A program made the translations under genes and the position numbers. Positions 12,301-22,033 of a stretch of 64,000 nucleotides of DNA are shown one piece after another. The stretch comes from an uncultured Planctomycetota bacterium (GTDB lineage Bacteria > Planctomycetota > Planctomycetia > Isosphaerales > Isosphaeraceae), in contig CAWJTV010000019.1 in NCBI GenBank assembly GCA_963845755.1, positions 367,335 to 431,334 on the forward strand, in the 5' to 3' direction. Within the stretch, counting starts at the first letter, position 1; every line of letters begins with the position of its first letter. The notes beneath the pieces are model-generated. The model had not been told where the DNA came from. It made no database searches and saw only the letters and a list, made by a program, of their open reading frames with translations.

Positions 12301-15300
12301 CAGCACGCCGCCGCCGTCGTAGCCGGAGTTGCCGCTGAGGGCGCAGTCCGTCAGGGTCAGGTTGGCATAGCCGGAATTCGACACGCCGCCGCCGCTGCCG
12401 ATGGCGGAGTTGCCGCTGACGGTGCAGCCGGTCAGGGTCAGATTGGCCGTGCCGGAATTGAACACGCCGCCGCCGAAGCCGCTGAGGCCGTTGTTGTAGC
12501 CGTTGTAGGAGGGGGCGGAGTTGTCGCTGAGGGTGCAGCCGGTGAGCGTCGCCGTGCCGTAGTTCGCCAGACCGCCGCCACCGCCTTCATCGCGGCCGCC
12601 GCCGCTGGAGTTGCCGCTGAGGGTGCAGTCGGTCAGGGTCAGGTTGGCCGTGCCGGAATTGAACACGCCGCCGCCGACGCCGCCGAAGCTGTGGAAGTAA
12701 AGGTAAGAGGCGGGGGAGGAGTTGCCGCTGAGGGTGCAGCCGGTGAGCGTCGCCGTGCCGTAGTTCGCCAGACCGCCGCCATCTCCGCCATCCCGGCCGC
12801 CCAGACCGCCGAAATATCCGCCAGCCAGGCCGCCGCCGCTGGAGTTGCCGCTGACGGTGCAGTCGGTCAGGGTGAGGTTGGCCGTGCCGGCATTGAACAC
12901 GCCGCCGCCGAAGCCGCCGCTGCTCTTGGGGTAACTGTAGGAGGCGGAGGCGGAGTTGCCGCTGAGGGTGCAGCCTGTGAGCGTCGCCGTGCCGTAGTTC
13001 GCCAGGCCGCCGCCATTGTCGCCGGGGGAGACTGTGCCACCGGAGATGGTCAGGCCGGAGAGCGAGGCGGTCACACCACTGTCAACCTCAAAGACGCGAC
13101 CCAACTCGCCGCCGCTGATGGTTACGCCCACGGCCGGCCCGGTGATCGTCTGCGTCCCCCCGGTGTCTGACAGCTCGAGCGGACCGCTGTTCAGTGTGAT
13201 CGTCTGGGGCGTGCTGAAGACGGTCGGATCGAAGACGATCGTGTTCGCCTGGTTATCGGCGTTGGCCTGGTTGATGCAGTACCGCAAGTCGCCCGCGTCG
13301 TTGGATCCGATCCCCGCCGGGGAATCCCCCACGCTGTTGACGGTGAAGATGGTCATCGGCGAGGTGACCGTCAGCGTGCTGGTGGTACTGGCGGAGGCGA
13401 AAGTCCCGTCGGTGGTATACGCGTACGTGATTGTGTAGGGCGAATCAGCCACGGTGAGGCCGCTGGTGTCGAAGGTCGTGGAGAAGCCACCGCCGGCGCC
13501 GATGGTGGCCGACTGCTCGACGCCGCCCAACGTCACGGCGACGGTCTCGCCCACCGGGGCCTGCGAGCCGTTGGCCAGCGTGCCGGAGATGGTCACGCTG
13601 GGGGTGCCGTAGGTGATGCTCTGGTCGCTAATCCCCGAGAAGGTCAGCGCAATGAGCGAGGACCCCTGGGTCTGGTAGGCGCCGATGTCGGGATTAGGCG
13701 TGTCGAGCGGGTAGCCGCGCTGGTCCGTGGTGATCGGAGTGGTGGTTCCCGGGTAGTCGGCGATCACCCCCGCGCCGATGGCCGCGCTGCCGGGGAGCAG
13801 GGCCATGGTCTGCGTCGGCCCGCCGTTGTTGCCCAGTGGGGCCAGACCCAGGTTGGTGAGACTGGTCAGGACGATGTTGCCATTGACCCCATTGACCAGC
13901 CCCCCCGAGCCGCCGGTGCCGATCAGGTTGTCGCTGCCCGAGATGTCGCTACCGGCGATGTCGCTGGCGCCGGAGGGATCGGTGTTGCCGGCGACGATGG
14001 TGTCGGTCAGGTTGACCGTGCCGGCCGGGAAATAGTTCTCGAGGACGTAGTTGGCCAGACCGCCGCCGCGGCCGCTGGAGTCGTTGTCGCTGACGGTGCA
14101 GTCAGTGAGGTTGGCCTTGCCGGTAAGAATGTACACGCCGCCGCCATTGGTGGCGGAGTTGCCGCTGACGGTGCAGTCGGTCAGGTTGGCCGTGGCGAAA
14201 TTGAACACGCCGCCGCCATCGCCGGCGGAGTTGCCGCTGATGGTGCAGCCGGTCATGGTCAGGTTGGCCGAGGAGACGATTATCAGGTCGAAATTGCTGC
14301 CGTTGAACACGCCGCCGCCGTCGTTGGCGGAGTTGCCGCTGAGGGTGCAGTCGTTGAGGTTGGCCGTGCCGCCGTTGGACACGCCGCCAAAGTCGTTGCC
14401 GCTGAGGGTGCAGTCGGTCAGGTTGGCCGTGCCGCCGTTGGACACGCCGCTGTCCTCGTTGCCGCTGATGGCGCAGTCGGTCAGGTTGGCCGTGCCGCCG
14501 TTGAACACGCCGCTGCCGTCGTTGCCGCTGAGGGTGCAGTCGGTCAGGTTGGCCGTGCCGGAATTGTCCACGCCGCCGAAGCTGGCAGTGTTGCCGCTGA
14601 CAACGCAGTTATTCAGGTTGGCCGTGCCGTAGTTGGACACGCCGCCAGCGTAGTTGCCGGTGAAGGTGCAGTCGTTCAGGTTGGCCGTGCCGGAGTTCTG
14701 CACGCCGCCGCCCGAGCCGGCGGAGTTGCCGCTGACCGTGCAGCCGGTCATGGTCAGGTTGGCCGAGGAGGCGTTTAACACGCCGCCGCCGGTGGCGATG
14801 TTGTAGTCGCCGTAATTGCCGACTAGGCCGTAGTAGGCGGAGTTGCCGCTGACGGTGCAGTTGGTGAGCGTCACCGTGCCGTTGTTCTCCAGACCACCGC
14901 CATTGCCGGACGAGGTCGAGCCGCCGGAGATGGTCAGGCCGGAGAGCGAGGCGGTCACACCACTGTCGATCTCAAAGACGCGGCTCGTCCCGCCACCGCT
15001 GATGGTCACCCCCGCGGCCGGCCCGGTGATCGTCTGCGTCCCGCCGGTGTCTGACAGCTCGAGCTGGCCGCCGTTCAGCGTGATCGTCTGGGGCGTGCCG
15101 AACACGATCGAATCGAAGACGATCGTGTTCGCCTGGTCATCGGCGTTGGCCTGGTTGATGCAGTACCGCAGGTCGCCCTCATCGCCGGAACCGATCCCCC
15201 CATCGCCCACGCTGTTGACGGTGAACGTGGACAGCACGACGCGGCCCTCGAGGACCTCCAGGACCGGGCGGAGGCCGAGGCGGTGATGGTGAACCGCGTG

Positions 15301-15345
15301 TGAGGCGAATGCGAACCGCTGAAGAAGTCTGCGACGGCTGGCCAT
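9370..15345 (-). CDS. Large (~1990 aa) secreted repeat protein: two beta-helix/choice-of-anchor-Q modules, MBG-like repeats, Ig-like (Big_3) domain
   Basis: GAGGAGG RBS before ATG 15345; LEVLEGRVVLS motif; GGGVxN...LTDCTLSGN repeats; LAPLGNNGGPTQT..LLPGS.AI and DQRG...DIGAxQ; KVYG..DP MBG repeats. Confidence 0.9.
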   Translation of the reverse strand: MASRRRLLQRFAFASHAVHHHRLGLRPVLEVLEGRVVLSTFTVNSVGDGGIGSGDEGDLRYCINQANADDQANTIVFDSIVFGTPQTITLNGGQLELSDTGGTQTITGPAAGVTISGGGTSRVFEIDSGVTASLSGLTISGGSTSSGNGGGLENNGTVTLTNCTVSGNSAYYGLVGNYGDYNIATGGGVLNASSANLTMTGCTVSGNSAGSGGGVQNSGTANLNDCTFTGNYAGGVSNYGTANLNNCVVSGNTASFGGVDNSGTANLTDCTLSGNDGSGVFNGGTANLTDCAISGNEDSGVSNGGTANLTDCTLSGNDFGGVSNGGTANLNDCTLSGNSANDGGGVFNGSNFDLIIVSSANLTMTGCTISGNSAGDGGGVFNFATANLTDCTVSGNSATNGGGVYILTGKANLTDCTVSDNDSSGRGGGLANYVLENYFPAGTVNLTDTIVAGNTDPSGASDIAGSDISGSDNLIGTGGSGGLVNGVNGNIVLTSLTNLGLAPLGNNGGPTQTMALLPGSAAIGAGVIADYPGTTTPITTDQRGYPLDTPNPDIGAYQTQGSSLIALTFSGISDQSITYGTPSVTISGTLANGSQAPVGETVAVTLGGVEQSATIGAGGGFSTTFDTSGLTVADSPYTITYAYTTDGTFASASTTSTLTVTSPMTIFTVNSVGDSPAGIGSNDAGDLRYCINQANADNQANTIVFDPTVFSTPQTITLNSGPLELSDTGGTQTITGPAVGVTISGGELGRVFEVDSGVTASLSGLTISGGTVSPGDNGGGLANYGTATLTGCTLSGNSASASYSYPKSSGGFGGGVFNAGTANLTLTDCTVSGNSSGGGLAGGYFGGLGGRDGGDGGGLANYGTATLTGCTLSGNSSPASYLYFHSFGGVGGGVFNSGTANLTLTDCTLSGNSSGGGRDEGGGGGLANYGTATLTGCTLSDNSAPSYNGYNNGLSGFGGGVFNSGTANLTLTGCTVSGNSAIGSGGGVSNSGYANLTLTDCALSGNSGYDGGGVLNGGTANLTDCALSGNTAGSGGGLLNGGMATLTGCTLSGNNAGYGGGLANRYATANLTDCTVSGNAGGFGGGVFNYIATANLTDCTVSGNAAAPGGGGGLANYGYGNIPAGPATLTNTIVAGNTSSVGASDIAGTNVSGSDNLIGTGGSGGLTNGVDGNIVLTSLTELGLAPLGNNGGPTQTLALLPGSPAIGAGVIADYPGTTTPITTDQRGLPLDSPNPDIGAFQTQGSPLIALTFSGISDPSITYGTSSVTISGTLADGSQAPVGETIAVTLDGVEQSATIGSDGAFSTTFNADGLTVTGSPDTVNYAYTSDGTFASATMSSSLTITPATLTITANPETKVYGTADPALAYTASGFAFSDTAASVLTGNLARAESGTLAGEEVGDYAITQDTLAADSNYTIAFTGSTLTINPATLTVTANPQTKVYGTEDPRLTDSATGLIDTSVDGVAIDDTAATVLTGALARAQSGTLAGEQVGDYAIAQGTLAANSNYTIAFTGSRLAVTPAPLTVTADSQTEVYGAADPSLTDTVSGLINTTVDGVTIDDTAASALTGHLARAAGETVSGGPYAITQGTLAASNYTMTFTGNTLTITPATLTIVAGPETKVFGSPDPTLGYTSSGFQFSDTAATVLTGSLARAAGETVSDSPYAIGQGTLTADSNYTIHFTSSSLGITPATPAVTVSDPGGTYAGSPIAATASVTGVNGPAARSLEGVMPTLTYYAGTGTSGTDLGSAAPSAAATYTVVARFPGSADYAAAHSESAAFVIAPAAATILLTSPISSPVYGQAVTFVATVNSAGGAPVGTVTFADGATPLATVPLDGSGQAAVTISTLSLGSHAITATYNGSTDFLDVKSSTAAESVSQAATGIVLVPPVVLKGKKTLKRFVLTAEIEPVVPGGMVPTGQVTFEFVKKHGKKVTVKTLGTAELSDGEATLTFKSNQMLKKPLTIVYSGDPDYLASTMSAPKLTKSAIASSGI

Positions 15346-15583
15346 GAATGTCTCCTCCTCGAGTGGGATGCCCTGCGATTCGGTGTGATGTAATGTGATG
15401 CGATGCGATGCGATTGCCGGGACGCGGGCGCGCACTCCCGACGTCCCCGGCCCCGACAAGGGGCCGCGATCGGCCTGAGACGATGGCCGGCCATGCCCGT
15501 TACAGCTCCATGCGCCGTTGAGAACAGAATCCCCCGGAGGGATTTGACACTCCTCGCCGAACATCACTGCGGAGGGTCGCATA

Positions 15584-15694
15584 CTCGTTCCCACGGTCCC
15601 CGTGAGAATGCCGTCTTCCACGCTCAGCGTGGTCGGCGGCGGCCCTCGGACGCAGGAGCGTCCCAGACGGCATTCCCAAGAGCGTGGGAACGAG
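15584..15694. repeat. REP-like palindromic extragenic repeat (CTCGTTCCCACG...CGTGGGAACGAG type)
   Basis: Terminal 12-bp inverted repeat plus inner GAATGCCGTCT/AGACGGCATTC arms. Confidence 0.75.
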
Positions 15695-15996
15695 GTTACT
15701 GATCGCTGCGCAAAGAAAGTTACTCTCGGCGAACGCTTCGCCCTACGCTTTCCAGGGAAAATCCGGCCTAGCTCAAATCTCGCCATCCGGAAACCGAGCA
15801 TGTGATGGGGAGACGCGATCGCGACGGACCTTTGCCCCGAAGGGGCCAAACAGATCAGCCCGGGGCATCGCCCCGGGACCGCGTCGGCTACCCCAACGAA
15901 AGCCCTGAAAGGGCGACACAACACGAGGCGGGACGGGTTCCGTGTCCCGCCCTTTCAGGGCTCCTTTGAAGGAGGGGCCTCGGTTCCCGGGGCGTT

Positions 15997-16984
15997 CAAC
16001 TTATTCCATTTGGAACGTAAGTCCTTGTCGATTCACGATCCGCACAGCATTGATCAGCAGTTTGGCCCAGACCCAACGCCACACCCGCCACGACCGGCGC
16101 ACCCAGGCCGGCAGCGGACCCAGGCCGCCACCGAAGGAGGTCGCCTGGCCGAAGGATCGCTCGATCGCGCCGCGCATCGCGTAGAGGCTCTTCCCGAAAT
16201 CTCCCTGCAACAGCTCGATGCAGCGGAGGCGGTACGGGCTTTGGCGGCGGTGTCCCAGTCCGGCCTTGGGGTCCTCGCCGGGGCTACCAACTGGTAGCCC
16301 GCGGCGCCCGCCGCGTCGAAGACCGGGTTGGCGTCGTACTCGCCATCGCCCAGCACGTAGCCACCGCCGCCGCAGTCGGCCAATTCCGGCAGCAACTGCT
16401 CGGCGGCCTTGGTCTCGGCGACATTCAGCGGTGTGATCGAACACACCTCGGGCATCGGACGGTTGCTCCAGACGGCGTGCAATTTGTAGCCCTTGGCGAT
16501 CTTGCCGGCGCCGTGGCCATTGCGGGCATCCGGATCGTGACTGGCACCACCAACCGGCAAGGGCTTACCGTCGAGGATCTGTACCAACCGCGGGGGGACT
16601 ACATCGCGGAGCCGCGTCGCCAAAGTCCGCATGAGGACGCCCACGGCCAAGCTCCGGAGTCGTCGGCTCAGAGTCGAGGGCGCGGGCAAACGACCCGGCT
16701 GGAGCGTCGTGGTCTTCCAGTGCCGAGGATCACAAGCCCAGCAGGCCGGTCGATCGTGAAGGGCGGCCCACAGGTGGACCAGGACCAAGATGTGGGGCTG
16801 GTAGGAGACGTTGACCTGGCGGATCGAGCCACCCACCGCCATGACGAGGTGATACAGTTGCGGCCAGAGTTCCAGTTCCATAGTTGCCCTCCTCTGAGGA
16901 TTGTCTCTACTTCCATACATAGATACGATCCTGGGAGGGAAATTGTTCTGACATAAAGACTTGCGACCTAAATGGAATAAGTTG
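15997..16984 (-). mobile_element. 988-bp insertion sequence with DDE transposase (DDE_Tnp_1-like; family uncertain among IS4/IS5/IS982-like)
   Basis: Both ends begin CAACTTATTCCATTT in inverted orientation; 3-bp GTT target duplication at 15994-15996 and 16985-16987. Confidence 0.9.
16001..16881 (-). CDS. DDE transposase; frameshift near 16275
   Basis: ILDGKPL, GYKLHAVW, VLGDGEYD and, after the frameshift, RGAIERSFG; stop codon lies inside the terminal IR. Confidence 0.85.
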
Positions 16985-17160
16985 GTTGCCCCGGGCTGGT
17001 TTGTTGCGGCCCCTTCGGGGCGAGCAAGAGCGGCCCCCGATCTCAAGGACTCGGCCATCACTTTCCCTCTTGCGTGGTCCGATTCGACAGTAACATTCTT
17101 TGCGCAGCGGTCAGTAAGAAATTCCTTCATAAATGTGCGTTGTCCCCTTCGTCTTTTCCG

Positions 17161-18348
17161 TCATCGCCTCCCTGCCCCGTGCCGCGCAATCTTCAGGGAG
17201 CCGAACAGGCCGTGGAACGGGTTGTCGCTGGGGGCCAGGTGCGAGGTCAGGCCGGCCGTGAAGTACAGCGTGTCCCTGGGGCCGGCGGCACCGCCGTTGC
17301 CGAACGCCAGCCCCCAGAGGTGCGTGATGGCGATCGGCTGGCCCTTGGCGTTCTTCAGCTCGCCGACGAAATGGCCGTTCTTGGGATTGAAGGCGTTGAT
17401 GGTGCCGTCGCCGAAATTGCCGACCAGCAGATCGTGGCTGAAGCTGCCGAAGTTCGAGGGGGCCTTCGCGATGGCCCACGGCTGATTGATGTGCGTGTCG
17501 TTGGGGCCAACCAGGCGCTGCTGTAACTGGCCGTCGGCGTTGTAGACATCGACGGCCCCTTCGCCAGGAGCTGCCGTCCCGGCGAGGACGTCATCGATCG
17601 GGGCGTATTCGACGTACAGCCGATTGTTGATGGCCTGGATGTTGAACGGATGGTAGTCGGCCGGCAGGTTGGGGTCGGTGAAGTTGCCGGCCAGGGTCGT
17701 TACCAATTGGAAGCTCTGATTGTAGACGTCGATGGTGCCCTTGGCGAAATCGGCCGCGTACAGCAGCGTTTCGCCCTGGCTATCCGTGTCGATGGCCAGG
17801 CCGAGGTAGATCGCGCCGGGGTTGGTCGCCTCGACGACCGCATGGTTGGGGTCCACTCTCGGACTCCAACCGGAGATGGTGCCGTCGGCGGTGGCGAACA
17901 GGAACTCGCTGGAGCTGGTCTTGCCGTATTCGGAGACGTCAAACCCGCCTCCGGGGTTGTAGACGATACCGGTCGGCGCGCCGTGCGGAGAGCCTGTCGA
18001 GTTGGGCGGAACGCTGGCAACCAGCGAGAAGGTCGTCAGTGGCGAAGTCGAGGTCTTGTACAGGGTACTGGTGCCCGTGCCCTCGTTGGCCACCCACCAC
18101 TCGCCGGTGGCACTGGCGGCCAGTCCCCAGGGATTGACCAGGTTCGGGTCCTGAACCTGCGCCGGGGTGAACTGAGTGTCGTCGGACACGAGGTTGGTTT
18201 GCACGAGGGCTGTGGACAAAAGGCAGCGATCTTCGATCGCTTCCAGTCGCGGGCGGAGTCTGGCCCGTTGGCGAGGGGACGTTTGTGTGCGCCGGCGCGC
18301 TGCGGTCGCGGAGCGGTTCGCGTTTCGCAGCCAGGAAGAGAACAACAT
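17161..18348 (-). CDS. TIGR03118-family beta-propeller protein with planctomycete extracellular N-terminal motif
   Basis: QTNLVSD, DPNLVNPWGLA, LLVGNFGDGTINAF, LWGLAFGNG, LYFTAG...HGLFG; LEAIEDRCLLS; AAAGGAG RBS. Confidence 0.9.
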   Translation of the reverse strand: MLFSSWLRNANRSATAARRRTQTSPRQRARLRPRLEAIEDRCLLSTALVQTNLVSDDTQFTPAQVQDPNLVNPWGLAASATGEWWVANEGTGTSTLYKTSTSPLTTFSLVASVPPNSTGSPHGAPTGIVYNPGGGFDVSEYGKTSSSEFLFATADGTISGWSPRVDPNHAVVEATNPGAIYLGLAIDTDSQGETLLYAADFAKGTIDVYNQSFQLVTTLAGNFTDPNLPADYHPFNIQAINNRLYVEYAPIDDVLAGTAAPGEGAVDVYNADGQLQQRLVGPNDTHINQPWAIAKAPSNFGSFSHDLLVGNFGDGTINAFNPKNGHFVGELKNAKGQPIAITHLWGLAFGNGGAAGPRDTLYFTAGLTSHLAPSDNPFHGLFGSLKIARHGAGRR

Positions 18349-18400
18349 GACGTTTCTCCTTTCGAGAGCTGGTCTGCGATACAATGAGAAAGCCATCGCC

Positions 18401-18490
18401 CCGGCGCAGACCGAGCGTCGGAGCGGTGCCTGGCCGGCGGGGGCTTGCTTGGCGGTAAGGACCCCGCCGGCCGCTGCTTGAGAAATCGAA
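18401..18490. ncRNA. Conserved two-hairpin structured element, copy 1 (function unknown)
   Basis: Near-identical to 21939-22028; GC-rich stems with pairing-compatible substitutions on the + strand. Confidence 0.55.
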
Positions 18491-18616
18491 GCCACCCGGG
18501 CTCCGATGGTCAGTTAATCTTCATCTTCGCCTCCAGTTCCGCGACCACCATCTTGACTTCCCCTCCTTCGACCCCGCCCCGCCGCGGGTCGGTTCGGGGT
18601 CATGGCTGGCCCGGGA

Positions 18617-21600
18617 TCATCGGTTCATCGCGACATCCCCCTTCCCCGAGGCGGCCTTCGGTGACGAATTGCCGGAATGGACCTTGGCTCGCGAGCCCTT
18701 AGGGAGAATTCCATATCGGTTCAAGAACGGCTTTGACACGTCCCCCAGCACGAGCTGGCGCCAGGTCAGGACGACGTGGTCGCTGCTGCCCGGTTCACCC
18801 GCATCCTTGCTGTCGAGGGGCTGGCCGCTCATGTTGCTCACCGCTCCCGGCCCCGCACCGTTGACGATCAACTGGTAGGGGTGGTGGATGCTGATCCGCT
18901 GCTCGGGATGCAGCGTGACCGTGAGGGGGGTCGGGCTGAGCACGGCCCGGCTGATCCGGATCCGATGGCCGCTCGGGTCGATGATGTCGTAGTTCCGGGC
19001 GTCTTCGGCGGAGCTGGGATCGAGCGGCTGGTCGAATGTGAGCACCACGGTCGTCGGCATGGCGTGGATTCCGAAGCGCTTGACGCTGGTGAGCTGGGGA
19101 CCCGTGCTGGTGGCCGGAGCGTTGACCGTCTCGGTGGTGACGCCGATGGCGTTGGCGAAGTCGGTATCGCCGCTGTAAACGGCGGTGATGGTGTGCGAGC
19201 CCACGGCCAGAGCCGAGATGGCGAAGGTGGCGACGCCGTCGTCGAGGGGGGCGGTCCCGAGCACGGTCGTTCCGTCCTTGAACGTCACGCTGCCCGTCGG
19301 CGTGCCGGTCGACCCGACCGCGGATGTCACGGTGGCCGTGAAGGTGACCGTCTGGCCGGCGGTCGAGGTGCTGGGCGATGCGGCGAGGCTCGTGGTCGTG
19401 CCGGCCTGACTGACCGCCTCGGGCGTGGTCCCGCTGCCGCCGGCGAAGTTGGCATCGCCGCTGTAGACGGCGGTGATGGTGTGCGCAGCCCACGGCCAGG
19501 GTCGCGAGGGAGAAGCTGGCCGTGCCGTCGGCGCCCAGCGGGGCGGTCCCGAGCACCGTTGTCCCCTCCTCGAACGTTACGGTGCCGGTCGGCGTGCCGG
19601 TCGATCCGGCGTCGGGTGTCACGGTGGCCGTGAACGTGACCATCTGGCCGATGGTCGAAGAACTCGGCGAGGACCTGAGCGTCGTGGTGTCAGCGGATGG
19701 CGTAACTTGAACTTGACCGGGCGCGAACTTCGCGATGAAGGCGTTGCTGGAGCCGCCGAGGGTCGACTGAAGGGCGTTCTTGATCGGGAAGTTGCCCGGG
19801 AAGGCAAGCCCCGTGACGTAGATGTTGCCGGCCGAGTCCACGGCGATGGCTTGTCCAGCGTCAATGACGCCCTCGTCGGCGATAGTGCCGCCGAGGTAGG
19901 TCGAGTACTTCAGCGCCGTGCCGTCGGCGTTGAGCTCCGAAACGAAGGCGTCGATGTCTTCGAAGATGACGGACTGCACGGCGTCGGCAGTCGTCGGGAA
20001 GTTGGTCGAAGTGGTGTAACCCGTGATCCATGCGTCGCCGGCCGAGTCCACGGCGATCCCGGTGCCGTGATCGAAGCCATTGCCGCCGAGGTAGGTCGAA
20101 TAGATCAGCGCCGTACCGTTAGCATTGAGTTTCGTCAGGAAGGCGCCGCCGTAGGTACCCGTCAGGAAGGCGCCGGCGGTGGTTGGGAAGCTGGTCGAAG
20201 TGGTGGAACCCGTGATATAGGCGTTGCCGGCCGAGTCCACAGCGATCCCGGTGCCATAGTCTTCGCCGATGCCGCCGAGGTAGGTGGAATAGACCAGCGC
20301 CGAACCGGTGGCATTGAGCTTGGTCACGAATGCATCGCTCTCGTAGTCGCTCTGCACCGTCTGGAAGGCGCCGACGGTGGTCGGGAAGTCGGTCGAACTG
20401 GCCGTTCCCGTGACGAAGGCGTCGCCGGTGGCATCCACGGCGATCCCGTTGCCGGAATCCCCGTCAAAGCCCAGGCAGGTCGAGTAGACCAGAGCCGAAC
20501 CATTGGCGTTGAGCTTCGCCACGAAGGCGGCGCCGTTGCCGTCGGTATCCGCCTCGAAGGCGCCGGCGGTGGTCGGGAAGCCTTGACCGTCGGTCGAACC
20601 GGTCGATCCCGTGACGTAGGCGTTGCCGGCCGAGTCCACGGCGATCCCGTTGCCTTGAGCGTTGCCAGAGCCGTCGAGGTAGGTGGAGTAGACCAGCGCC
20701 GAACCGTTGGGATTGAGCTTGGCCACGAAGGCGTAGTTGCCGCTGTCACCCGGCTCCGTCTGGAAGGCGCCGGCGGTGGTCGGGAACTCGTTCGAAGTGG
20801 TGGAACCCGTGATGTAGGCGTCGCCGGCCGAGTCCACGGCGATCCCATTGGCCTGAGACGTACCTTCGCCGCCGAGGTAGGTCGAGTAGACCAGCGCCGT
20901 GCCGGCGGCATTGAGCTTGGACACGAAGACGTTCTGGCTGCCGAGAGTCCCCGAGATGGAACCGGCGGTGGTCGGGAAGTTGTCCGAAGTGGTGGATCCG
21001 GAGATATAGACATTCCCGTCCTGGTCCACGGCGATGGCGTTGCCCTGGTCGTTGCCGTCGCCACCGAGGTAGGTGGAGTACACCAGGGTGGGATCGATGA
21101 CCAGGGGCTGGCTGGGGTCATAGGTTCCCACCGCGAAGCCGACCTGGCCGTCCTGCTCCAGGACATAATGGCCCGAGACGGCCTGGCGAGCGCCAGCGAT
21201 CTCCTGGTAGAGTACCGGCGCATGCTCCACCACGTCGCCCGCGGCCGTGTGCAGTACGAGGTCGCCCTGGGCGTCGAGAGCCATCGACTCGGCCCCCGAG
21301 AACGCGAGCCGGATCACCCCCGGGTCGGTTCCCGGCGCGACTGTGAAGTCGTACTCCAACTGCTGCTGGTTGCCGTAGTACACGAGATTCACGCCGGGAT
21401 AAACGCCCGGCTCCTGCACCCGGGCGAAGTTGGGCACGTCGGTGACCCATTGGCTCGGGTTGTTGCCGGTGATGTAGTTACTCGTGCTGGGGATTTGATC
21501 TTGCCCCACCAGTTGCGGCGCCGCGTCGGCGCCGACCAGTTGCATCCGCAGCGCGGCCCCCGGCGACTGCTGTGCGGCGCCGGCCGTAGCCGACTGAAGG

Positions 21601-21854
21601 CTCAGGACGGCCTCCTCGGGGGTGAGGAACAGGGTGTAGCCGGCGCCGTGGGCCAGGTACTGGACCTGGGCGTCGGTCTGTCCCTGGTTGACTTCGAAGC
21701 TCATGGGGATCTGGTCGTAGGCCGCCAGCGGCGCGGCCGCCCCGCTGAGCATCGTACGACTCTCCAATTCCTCGACCCGAGCCCGATGGCGATGCGCCCC
21801 CGCAGACCGGAACCGGATCCTCTGGTGAAGCCTCGAGAAACGAGAGTTGTTCAT
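18617..21854 (-). CDS. Secreted SBBP (beta-propeller) repeat protein with Big_3 Ig-like domains; frameshift near 19485
   Basis: FEVNQGQTDAQVQY, LVIDPTLVYSTYLGG, repeated GIAVDSAGNAYxTG; VEELESRTMLS motif; continues in ORF 18617..19330. Confidence 0.9.
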
Positions 21855-21938
21855 GGCAGGCGACTCCGTGGAATGGTCCAGCGAGATAAAACTTCTCCCG
21901 AAAGCAAGAAACGTCGGGCCTACCAGGGGGCACTGCCG

Positions 21939-22028
21939 CCGGTGCGCAGACCGAGCGCCGGAGCAGTGCCGGGCCGGCGGGGGCTTGCTTGACGGTAAGG
22001 CCCCCCGGCCGCTGCTTGGAAAATCGAA
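21939..22028. ncRNA. Conserved two-hairpin structured element, copy 2 (function unknown)
   Basis: Near-identical to 18401-18490. Confidence 0.55.
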
Positions 22029-22033
22029 CCGAG

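Larger units (their letters stand above)
15834..17021. repeat. Long REP-like palindrome (GCCCCGAAGGGGCC...AGCCCTGAAAGGGCG...CGCCCTTTCAGGGCT...GGCCCCTTCGGGGC), interrupted by an IS
   Basis: Symmetric arms at 15834-15996 and 16985-17021 once the IS is removed. Confidence 0.8.
15696..17117. mobile_element. MITE-like element bounded by 33-bp terminal inverted repeats; contains the REP-like palindrome and the IS listed next
   Basis: TTACTGATCGCTGCGCAAAGAAAGTTACTCTCG (15696-15728) vs reverse complement of 17085-17117, TTACTGACCGCTGCGCAAAGAATGTTACTGTCG: 3 mismatches. Confidence 0.75.

Noticed and set aside
11320..15240. Diversity-generating retroelement TR/VR pair
   Set aside because: Repeats are in-frame coding duplications, differences are not visibly adenine-specific, and there is no reverse transcriptase.
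15346..15924. 193-codon extension of the 2184-aa ORF
   Set aside because: Runs through palindromic repeats and a MITE end; a strong RBS supports ATG 15345.
18451..18460. ops-like GGCGGTA sequence inside the conserved element
   Set aside because: On the wrong strand for the adjacent gene, not conserved in copy 2 (GACGGTA), and no NusG paralog nearby.
19473..21992. 839-aa + strand ORF and many similar long antisense ORFs (e.g. 53287-54831, 34231-35904)
   Set aside because: Shadow frames of real genes in high-GC DNA, with no recognisable motifs.
18401..22028. Integron attC interpretation of the duplicated hairpin element
   Set aside because: No RYYYAAC/GTTRRRY core boxes recognised and no integron integrase in the window.
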